Below are positions 56,551 through 64,000 of a DNA stretch of 64,000 nucleotides, piece after piece (position 1 is the first letter of the stretch; each line of letters starts with the position of its first letter). The stretch comes from Minisyncoccia bacterium. Its GTDB lineage: Bacteria; Patescibacteriota; Minisyncoccia; Moranbacterales; GCA-2747515. The notes beneath the pieces are model-generated. The model saw only the letters and a program-made list of their open reading frames with translations, searched no databases and had not been told where the DNA came from. The stretch spans positions 257,899-321,898 of the forward strand of contig JBGSQF010000013.1 of NCBI GenBank assembly GCA_041738235.1, given 5' to 3'. The position numbers and the translations under genes are program-made.

Positions 56551-57003
56551 TTACTCCTTTGACTTTGGTCTTTTGGTTCCGTATTTGCTTCGCCCACGAT
56601 TTCGACCATCAACACCTGAAGCATCAAGTCGTCCTCGCACTACATGATAACGAACTCCGGGAAGGTCCTTTACGCGTCCCCCACGGATCATAACGATAGA
56701 GTGTTCTTGCAAGTTATGTCCAATACCCCCAATATACGCTGTAACTTCCATTCCATTGCTGAGTCGTACACGAGCGATCTTCCTAAGCGCTGAGTTTGGT
56801 TTCTTAGGAGTAACCGTTGCCACCTTTACACACACCCCTCTTTTAAAGGGACTTTGACTGAGTTTGTTCCTATTCTTTATGGTATTCACGACATACGTCA
56901 TCGCCGGAGACTTTGATTTCCGGATAGAAGATTTTCTCGATCGTTTTACAAGCTGATTGACTGTTGGCACACGCGTATCATTTAAGTAAATTAAAAAAGC
57001 CAC
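56551..57003 (-). CDS. rpsL: 30S ribosomal protein S12. The track ORF starts with GTG; the real start is probably 11 codons downstream at VPTVNQL, near 56970.
   Basis: [13 protein letters not shown]...[59 protein letters not shown]. Confidence 0.9.
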   Translation of the reverse strand: MAFLIYLNDTRVPTVNQLVKRSRKSSIRKSKSPAMTYVVNTIKNRNKLSQSPFKRGVCVKVATVTPKKPNSALRKIARVRLSNGMEVTAYIGGIGHNLQEHSIVMIRGGRVKDLPGVRYHVVRGRLDASGVDGRNRGRSKYGTKRPKSKE

Positions 57004-57099
57004 GTCTTACGTTCTGCTAGCCACTATAAAAGAAAAAAGGATGCCTGTCAATCCCCAGAAGCCTATCCAGAATTCCTTCGAGATCAGACATCCGTACCA

Positions 57100-58062
57100 T
57101 TACCGCCTTTTCCCCTTGATATACCCAGGAAGAGATAGAAAACTAATGAGCATTTGAATAAATCGACTCACAATAGCCGCCGTAACCGCCACATCCGTCG
57201 AGAGCCCCAAATAGCCGAAAAAGACGAAATAGGCCCACTCTTTGATACCAATATTGTTCACACTTACCGGTACCGCAGCAATTGCATTAATGATAAAAAT
57301 AACGCTCAGAAATTGAAAAACCCCAACAGAAAGCCCGAGGGCGTGAAATAGCACATAATTTGCCAGTCCCACTCCGATCAAAGAAAAAGCCATTGCATAA
57401 GAAATTCCTTTTTTAACGACACTTTCATCCCGAAACTCCGATATCTCATGTGCAAGGTGTCCTAATGGCTCGGAAAAGTATCTCGCAAGCTTTACAAAAT
57501 GTCCTCGTTTGTCCAACGTTAGAATAACATCGCCCACGAGAAACACTCCCATGGCCACTACAATAGTGATCCAGAACGGATGTTGGATCATTTGCCTAAA
57601 CTCCAAAAGAGAGAAAACACAACCCAATAAAGCCAAGGACCAAAGCCCGGTCAAACGATCGAAAAATATCGTCGACACAGCAGGAGAACGACGTCCCTCA
57701 CGATCCAGCCCAAGCTCTAAAGCGCGATATGTGTCCCCTCCCAAAGTAGACGGTAGAAAGTTATTCACAAATGTCCCGGCGAGATAGGTCTGAAAATACC
57801 ACCCAAACGATTTCTTAAACCCCTTATACCGACTAAGTATGCTCCACTTATAAGATGAAATAACCATCCCAGAAACAAGCAGAACTACATACAAAAAAAG
57901 GAGCGGAAGACTTACTTCCGAAACGTAATGCCAGGCAACTCCCCAATTTACCTTAAGAACAACCCACACGAAAAGAGTGATGCTAACAAGCGCCTTTAAT
58001 ACAAATTTCAATTTTTTATTTTTTCTAATTCGCTTTTGAAAGAATTCCAAGAATTTCATCAC
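57100..58062 (-). CDS. Flippase-like membrane protein (LPG-synthase-TM / UPF0104 family)
   Basis: 8 TM; motif FVNNFLPSTLGGDTYRALELG characteristic of the flippase-like domain; 4-nt overlap with the upstream GT4 gene. Confidence 0.7.
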   Translation of the reverse strand: MMKFLEFFQKRIRKNKKLKFVLKALVSITLFVWVVLKVNWGVAWHYVSEVSLPLLFLYVVLLVSGMVISSYKWSILSRYKGFKKSFGWYFQTYLAGTFVNNFLPSTLGGDTYRALELGLDREGRRSPAVSTIFFDRLTGLWSLALLGCVFSLLEFRQMIQHPFWITIVVAMGVFLVGDVILTLDKRGHFVKLARYFSEPLGHLAHEISEFRDESVVKKGISYAMAFSLIGVGLANYVLFHALGLSVGVFQFLSVIFIINAIAAVPVSVNNIGIKEWAYFVFFGYLGLSTDVAVTAAIVSRFIQMLISFLSLPGYIKGKRR

Positions 58063-59222
58063 TCTTCTTTTTTAGAAAATGCCTGTTTATAAAGATCTCC
58101 GTATTCTTTCGCTACCGCACTCCAACTCATGGCTTCTGCCACCTCCCTGCTCTTCTTCCCCATTGCTTCAGCAAGTGGTCGATCGAGGAGAAGTTTTTTC
58201 AGCTTCTCTGCGATGTCATTTGCATCAGAAAAATGTATAATATACCCATTCTTCCCTTCTTGTATCAACTCCTCAGCGCCTCCCGTCGGCGTCATGAGTA
58301 CGGGCAGTCCTCCCGCCATGGCCTCCAACAAACTGTTGCTCATCCCTTCATTGAAAGACGGCAATACAAATACATCGGATTGCTGTTGCAATCGAACGAG
58401 CTCCTCACGAGTATATTGTCCCGTAAAACGCACCACATCGGAAAGATGCTTCTCCGCTACCATAGTGCGAAGTTCTTCCCCTGCGTTTCCATCCCCACCC
58501 GCAATGACAAGGCGCACTTGTGGATATTGCACGTGTAATGTCTCCATTGCCTCCACTACGTAACGAAATCCTTTACGATTTTCCAATCGCGACGCGCAGA
58601 GTACCGTAAAAGTCTCTACCTGCTTCTGGGTCTTATCCGGTAGAAACACCCCTGTATCAACCCCGTTGTAGATCACTCCAATATCTTGTCGATCATTTGT
58701 TTTGAGCGCCAATTTCTTCAATCCTTCGCTGTTGGACACGACGGCGGCTGATCGACTCCAGATCAAACGTACAAAACGCGTGATAAAAAAATACAATTTG
58801 TCGTACTTCTTAGAATATCCAGGCACATCAGATCCCCGAAGAGATACGATATAAGGCACCTTAAAAAATTGCCGAATGCGCCATGCCACCGCTCCACATG
58901 GGACGGTAAAGAAAGCGTGTACACCATCATAGCGATTTTCCTTCAAAAGCCTTTTCGATAATTTCCAAGCTCTCCAAGCATACACGATCAGTTCCTTTGC
59001 CGACTGACTCTTAAGCGACTTCCGTTTATCCCCGATCGGTACACGGTACAGTTGCACACTTCCCCCTAGGGACTCCTCACTATACCTATTATCCACTGCT
59101 GAAACCACCACATCCACCTCGAGCGTTTTATCTTTAGCAAACTCCCGCATCAAATACTCGGTGGCATTCCCCGCTCCACCCCCCAATGGCGGATATTCGT
59201 AGTTGAGAAAAAGAACACGCAT
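58059..59222 (-). CDS. Glycosyltransferase family 4
   Basis: MRVLFLNYEYPPLGGGAGNA...VFVLPSFNEGMSNSLLEAMAGGLPVLMTPTGGAEELI. Confidence 0.85.
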   Translation of the reverse strand: MRVLFLNYEYPPLGGGAGNATEYLMREFAKDKTLEVDVVVSAVDNRYSEESLGGSVQLYRVPIGDKRKSLKSQSAKELIVYAWRAWKLSKRLLKENRYDGVHAFFTVPCGAVAWRIRQFFKVPYIVSLRGSDVPGYSKKYDKLYFFITRFVRLIWSRSAAVVSNSEGLKKLALKTNDRQDIGVIYNGVDTGVFLPDKTQKQVETFTVLCASRLENRKGFRYVVEAMETLHVQYPQVRLVIAGGDGNAGEELRTMVAEKHLSDVVRFTGQYTREELVRLQQQSDVFVLPSFNEGMSNSLLEAMAGGLPVLMTPTGGAEELIQEGKNGYIIHFSDANDIAEKLKKLLLDRPLAEAMGKKSREVAEAMSWSAVAKEYGDLYKQAFSKKEE

Positions 59223-59228
59223 AAAATA

Positions 59229-59669
59229 TTAGATCGTTACAAGCTCTTTATAATACGATGGCTTCTCACGATCTGAAAATAATTTTTTTGCAAGTACGAT
59301 CACTATCGCCATATACTGCTCCGGCTTATTTTGAGTAACACCCTCAGTATCCTCATCCCTGATAGACTCCCAGAGGTCCCTCGTGGAGCCTGTTTGTGAA
59401 AAAAGAACGCTGTTTTCTAAAACACTCCTTTGAATTCCCCCCTTGAGTTCCAAGATGCGTCCACGATTCTTCCCGAGAAACTCAAGAAATTCTACCCGAA
59501 TTCTTTGTAACTCCACCCCGGAAACACGATCTCTCGTCCCGGCTGGCTGTATTTCCAAACTCACTGGGAGGTCTAGCCTTCTTCCTCGATCAACTCCCTT
59601 ATCTCTTCTTTCACTCAAAGAGATGATTTTCCCCATTTCTTCCATATGATTGCATACTTTTATTTCCAA
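59229..59669 (-). CDS. Hypothetical protein (146 aa)
   Basis: ORF in operon context; start uncertain. Confidence 0.3.
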   Translation of the reverse strand: MEIKVCNHMEEMGKIISLSERRDKGVDRGRRLDLPVSLEIQPAGTRDRVSGVELQRIRVEFLEFLGKNRGRILELKGGIQRSVLENSVLFSQTGSTRDLWESIRDEDTEGVTQNKPEQYMAIVIVLAKKLFSDREKPSYYKELVTI

Positions 59670-59732
59670 TCAGCAACAAAGAACGCAAAAAAGGCAAGAA
59701 TTCCTGGACTCACAACACTTCCGACTCGATCT

Positions 59733-61067
59733 CTAGGCTATCTTGTCTCCCCGACCAACTCCGTAATATGTAAATCCTCGTTTCTTCATTTCAATGGGAT
59801 CATAAAGATTTCGTCCATCGAAGATAACGGGGCTCTTGAGACGCTTCTTGAGATCTTTGAAGTCAGGGCTTCTAAAAAGCTCCCATTCCGTCAGGATGGC
59901 AAGAGCATCCGCTCCGTCAACCGCTTCTTCAGCCGATTTGCAAAATACCAAACCTTTCCGCTTCCCATAGATACGCTCAGTTTCTTCCATAGCCTGGGGA
60001 TCGTACACCCGTACCGTCGCGCCGACTCTCCAAAGATGTTCCATCAAAACACGACTGGATGCCTCACGCATATCGTCGGTATTGGCCTTGAACGCCAATC
60101 CCCAAATAGCAACCGTCTTTCCTTTTAGAACCTTTTTGAAATGGGCTGAGATCTTCTCGAACAAAAACTTCTTTTGATCTTCGTTTACCGATTCCACCAT
60201 CCTCATAATACGGAGATCGTGACCATTGTCCTTAGCCGTTTTAATGATAGCCTTCACGTCCTTTGGAAAACATGAGCCGCCATATCCCGGACCAGGATAG
60301 ATCCAGTGGTGCCCAATGCGAGGATCCGATCCGATTCCTCGACGAACCGACTCAATGTCAGCACCAAGTTTTTCAGCAAGTTTCGCCAAATCATTCATAA
60401 AGCTGATCTTGGTTGCCAATATCGCATTGGCAGCATATTTCGTAAGCTCCGCGCTCTTAACGTCCATTTCTATCAGACGCTGATGATTTCTATTAAAAGG
60501 AGCATACAGATCACGAAGCACCTTAAGCGCTCGAGGACTATCGGTTCCAACAACGATCCGATCTGGGCTCTTGAAATCTGAAACTGCTCGACCTTCCGCC
60601 ATGAACTCAGGATTTGATACCACGTCAAACTTTATTTTTTTCTTCCGTTTGTCCAATTCTTTCTGGATCACCGACTTCACCCTATCAGCCGTGCCCACAG
60701 GTACCGTGGATTTATCAACAACAACCTTATACCCTTTCATGTTTTCCCCAATGCTCTTGGCAACAGCCAAAACATATCGTAGGTCAGCAGAACCGTCCTC
60801 ATCTGGAGGGGTGCCTACAGCGATAAACAACACCTCCCCATGACTCACCGCCTTCTTTGGATCAGAAGTGAACAAAATACGTCCCGCTTTTGTGTTTTTT
60901 CGGATCATTGATTCAAGTCCCGGTTCATAGATCGGCATTTCTCCTCGCTGAAGCATTTCTATCTTCTCTTCATTGGTATCCATGCACATCACATGATTTC
61001 CCACCTCCGCCAACGCACCCGCCATCGGCAACCCCACAAACCCAGTCCCAATAATAGTGATCTTCAT
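59733..61067 (-). CDS. ugd: UDP-glucose 6-dehydrogenase (UDP-glucose/GDP-mannose dehydrogenase family)
   Basis: [20 protein letters not shown] (Rossmann)...GGSCFPKDV (catalytic Cys)...C-terminal UDP-binding domain. Confidence 0.9.
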   Translation of the reverse strand: MKITIIGTGFVGLPMAGALAEVGNHVMCMDTNEEKIEMLQRGEMPIYEPGLESMIRKNTKAGRILFTSDPKKAVSHGEVLFIAVGTPPDEDGSADLRYVLAVAKSIGENMKGYKVVVDKSTVPVGTADRVKSVIQKELDKRKKKIKFDVVSNPEFMAEGRAVSDFKSPDRIVVGTDSPRALKVLRDLYAPFNRNHQRLIEMDVKSAELTKYAANAILATKISFMNDLAKLAEKLGADIESVRRGIGSDPRIGHHWIYPGPGYGGSCFPKDVKAIIKTAKDNGHDLRIMRMVESVNEDQKKFLFEKISAHFKKVLKGKTVAIWGLAFKANTDDMREASSRVLMEHLWRVGATVRVYDPQAMEETERIYGKRKGLVFCKSAEEAVDGADALAILTEWELFRSPDFKDLKKRLKSPVIFDGRNLYDPIEMKKRGFTYYGVGRGDKIA

Positions 61068-61254
61068 ATTGTTTCTTTAATCCTTAGGCAAAACTGCAAA
61101 AACAGCACGTCCGCCCAACACATGAATTATGCCCTTCATTATACCCGAATCACTAAAAGCGTCCAGAGAGAACCTAAAGATCAACAATTTGTTCCAAAAA
61201 ACACTCTCCACTCCATGACGGAAAATTTCCATTCACCTTCCCACAGAATTTCTT

Positions 61255-62010
61255 TTACTTCTCTGCGACAAAAAAACTCAAGTGATTTGATTCTGCTTCC
61301 TTCGAAAGATCATTGGGAACGATAGGGTAAGGAGCCCATCTAAATTTCAGTCCTGCTGAACGAAACGCTTGTTCATACTCGCCTTTTGTATAATATCGGA
61401 CCTCAAAAGAGTTGATCTTCTTCCCAGTAGCGGGATCGTGCATTCCCACAGTAATTCTTGATCCAGAAACATATGGAATCTCCCCCTCTACCCACTCCAA
61501 GGATCGAACAGAACCCTGTACCCATTTTCTTACTGGGGCATCGGGATTCGTAACCACACCAGCCAACCGCCCACCAGTCTTCAAAACACGAGCCGACTCA
61601 GAGATCATTTCTTGTAGTTCCCCTAGATCCTCAGCGTAGTGATATGCACAACTCGATGAAAGCGCGTCAAATGATCCATCTTCAAAAGGAAGCTTGTAAA
61701 TATCCCCTTGTATAAAAGAGATGTCCTTATATCGCTCTCTAGCAGATTGTAACATTTTCTCATTCTTATCGATGCCAACCGCCGTTGCAAAATTGCTCAA
61801 TAAATCAGTAAGGTGTCCTCCTCCGCATGCTAGATCAAGAACCTTTTGATCTTCTTGTAATCGCAATGCGTGAACAATGCTTGGATAGATCACCTCTTGT
61901 TTCTCTCGATTAGCACGCGTATCCGCATCCCAATCACGTGCCACACTGTCATATTGTTCACCCCCATGAGATACTGCATGCGAGTCCATGAGATCATTTT
62001 CTCTCACCAT
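61255..62010 (-). CDS. Class I SAM-dependent methyltransferase
   Basis: Motif I VLDLACGGGHLT; motif II/III spacing typical of Methyltransf_11/25. Confidence 0.8.
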   Translation of the reverse strand: MVRENDLMDSHAVSHGGEQYDSVARDWDADTRANREKQEVIYPSIVHALRLQEDQKVLDLACGGGHLTDLLSNFATAVGIDKNEKMLQSARERYKDISFIQGDIYKLPFEDGSFDALSSSCAYHYAEDLGELQEMISESARVLKTGGRLAGVVTNPDAPVRKWVQGSVRSLEWVEGEIPYVSGSRITVGMHDPATGKKINSFEVRYYTKGEYEQAFRSAGLKFRWAPYPIVPNDLSKEAESNHLSFFVAEK

Positions 62011-62019
62011 AAGATATGT

Positions 62020-62568
62020 TTATTTATGTACGCTCCATGTATAAAGATCCTCAAATATCAAGTCTTCCCAATTAGCAGGTTTGTGTTCCAAGATTGCATC
62101 TGCATTTCTTTTACAATAGTCCAACTCACCTTGATTTTGCATCTCCGTATAGAAACGGTAGCTATCCAAAATATCCGCTGTTTTTACGATAAGCGCATCA
62201 CGCCCTTCTGACACACACCTACAAATGAGCTCTTGTGTCTTTTCCACCTTATCTGTGATCGAGTCATCTTTCGTGCTCGCCTTCACAAGTCGAGTGATCT
62301 CATCGCCAAACGCATTACGAAGCAACTCTTCGTTTGCTCCCGACCATTCGATCACATCGTGCAAGAAACCGGCCAAAACAACCTCATCCGAGTACCCCCT
62401 CTCTCTCGCATAAACACGAAGATACATCCCCACGCGCACATTATGGGGCAAGATCGGTTTCCGACTGTTCTCATCTGACAGCGGTAAATAGTCCGCTAAA
62501 AATCGGATTGCTTTATCTATTTGAACATCAAGCTGTAATACTGTGGACAGGCTCATTCTTTTATTCAC
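62020..62568 (-). CDS. HD-domain phosphohydrolase
   Basis: H...HD signature: VRVGMYL...AGFLHDVIE...D. Confidence 0.7.
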   Translation of the reverse strand: MNKRMSLSTVLQLDVQIDKAIRFLADYLPLSDENSRKPILPHNVRVGMYLRVYARERGYSDEVVLAGFLHDVIEWSGANEELLRNAFGDEITRLVKASTKDDSITDKVEKTQELICRCVSEGRDALIVKTADILDSYRFYTEMQNQGELDYCKRNADAILEHKPANWEDLIFEDLYTWSVHK

Positions 62569-62629
62569 TAATCTGCAGGAAAATTCACAACAAAAACGAT
62601 ATTCCCCTCTTTTTTATATACAGAATCTC

Positions 62630-62992
62630 CTATACAGCAGTTTCTCCGGCAGCGACCAAATAATCACGAAGTGCATTCTCTGCAAGGTATACATCAATGT
62701 TGTGCCCCTTGTCTTTCGAGTCAAAAACAACATGAATCTGTGTTATCTTATCATCTGCATAAAGCACTTCCACATCAAGCGGGTTCGCATGTCCAGCTAC
62801 AATTTCTCTCATCACATGAGAATTTTGTCCCGAAAAATGCAAACCGGTAATATTATCATAACGAGGCCTTTCATGAAGTTCCGCACTCAAATACTTCGCC
62901 AAGAATTGATTCAGGGAATCCCTCCTCGCATCCGTCTCTTCCTTCCACTCTCGTGATTGGATCGGATGTTGTTCCAGTAGACTTTCACTCAT
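62630..62992 (-). CDS. Hypothetical protein (120 aa)
   Basis: ORF in operon context. Confidence 0.35.
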   Translation of the reverse strand: MSESLLEQHPIQSREWKEETDARRDSLNQFLAKYLSAELHERPRYDNITGLHFSGQNSHVMREIVAGHANPLDVEVLYADDKITQIHVVFDSKDKGHNIDVYLAENALRDYLVAAGETAV

Positions 62993-63055
62993 ATATTTTT
63001 GTTTGTGGTCATTTGTGTCTCAAAAAAACTCCGGGTCATCAGATCCCCGTCTCCT

Positions 63056-63967
63056 TTATTTCTTCTCAATACGCTTGACCGAATAGTTCATCCTTCCGCT
63101 TCCCTTGTAGTAGATCTTCATCACGACATCCACCAAGAGCCCAAAGATAAAGAATTGCACACCGATCATAATGAAAAATGCACCCATCAACGGCCAGATC
63201 TTTTCGGAAAGCGAACTATTGAAAAACACTTTTTCTATGGCCATCCATACAAGAAGTGCCGACCCCGAAAGTATCAAAACCATACCTGTCCCACCAAAAA
63301 GGTGAATGGGCCTCGAAGAGTAGCGGTTCCAAAACCAGATGGATATCATGTCCACAAAACCCTTCATGCCCCTCTTCCAGTTATACTTCGTCACTCCATG
63401 CACACGAGGATGATGACTCACCTTTACCTCGCCTACACGGTATCCTTGAATCTCCAAAAGTGCCGGAATGAACCGATGCATCTCCCCATAAAGATCGAGA
63501 TTATCGAAACATTCACGCTTGAAAGCCTTGAGACTGCACCCCGAATCGTGAATATGATCATGGAGTAATACTTTACGCAAAAGATTTGCACCTCGAGAAA
63601 ATATCTTCTTACTCAAAGAATCTTTTCGCTGCCATCGCCATCCGGAAACCACATCAAAACCCTCGTTCATTTTTTCAAGAAGCAACGGAATATCAGCAGG
63701 GTCATTCTGTAGATCTCCGTCCATCGTTACTATCACATCACCACGTGCTGCCTTAAATCCAGCATCAAAAGCCGCTGTTTGACCAAAGTTACGACGAAAT
63801 TCCACCAAGACCAATGGAAAGAGAACGCGCGCCTCTTCAAGTGTTTTATCCTTTGAACCATCGTCCACAAAGATCACTTCGAACGGTTTCTGGATCGTCC
63901 TACATGCCGCCACGATCTTTTGATGCAGTTCCGTTACATTCCCCTCCTCGTTATACAAAGGAACCAC
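63056..63967 (-). CDS. Glycosyltransferase family 2 (polyprenol-phosphate sugar transferase, DPM1/ArnC-like) with C-terminal TM helices
   Basis: VPLYNEEGNV...EVIFVDDGSKD...TMDGDLQNDP (DxD)...two C-terminal hydrophobic helices. Confidence 0.85.
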   Translation of the reverse strand: MVPLYNEEGNVTELHQKIVAACRTIQKPFEVIFVDDGSKDKTLEEARVLFPLVLVEFRRNFGQTAAFDAGFKAARGDVIVTMDGDLQNDPADIPLLLEKMNEGFDVVSGWRWQRKDSLSKKIFSRGANLLRKVLLHDHIHDSGCSLKAFKRECFDNLDLYGEMHRFIPALLEIQGYRVGEVKVSHHPRVHGVTKYNWKRGMKGFVDMISIWFWNRYSSRPIHLFGGTGMVLILSGSALLVWMAIEKVFFNSSLSEKIWPLMGAFFIMIGVQFFIFGLLVDVVMKIYYKGSGRMNYSVKRIEKK

Positions 63968-64000
63968 AACCGAAAGAAACGGCTTTTCTCCCTGCGCTTG

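Overview
Low-GC (~40%) bacterial fragment in which nearly every gene is on the minus strand. Ribosomal protein L30 is absent between S5 and L15, and many ribosomal proteins carry Lys-rich extensions, so a Candidate Phyla Radiation / Patescibacteria origin is likely (inference). Identifiable content: (i) a complete S10-spc ribosomal protein cluster (tuf-rpsJ...rplO, 13.7-25.3 kb) preceded by a tRNA-Lys(UUU) and a consensus-like promoter. (ii) The secY-adk-map ... infA-rpmJ-rpsM-rpsK-rpsD-rpoA-rplQ-rplM-rpsI block has been moved upstream of tuf and is interrupted by dnaJ (with a CIRCE-like operator), engB, a CMD-family gene, an ABC ATPase with a membrane-fusion protein, and hypothetical ORFs. 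(iii) A long cell-envelope glycan locus (41.5-64 kb: several GT4/GT2 glycosyltransferases, an LCP protein, a Wzy/ligase-like membrane protein, a flippase-like protein, ugd, rfbC) is interleaved with tyrS, fusA, rpsL and rpsG. (iv) Most striking, directly downstream of rplO-ribH (0.5-13.7 kb) lies a tandem array of eight paralogs plus one decayed copy. Each has a divergent ~380-aa N-terminal domain fused to a nearly identical C-terminal PEP-utilizing-enzyme phospho-histidine swivel domain. A single stand-alone PEP-synthase-type ATP-grasp domain gene sits inside the array. The array is interrupted by a small high-GC, plus-strand gene of apparently foreign composition with its own consensus promoter. 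I interpret this as a previously undescribed split, multi-paralog rifampin-phosphotransferase / PEP-synthase-like phosphotransfer system. Coordinates of hand-derived features (tRNA, rpmJ, promoters, hairpins) may be off by +/-1-2 nt.
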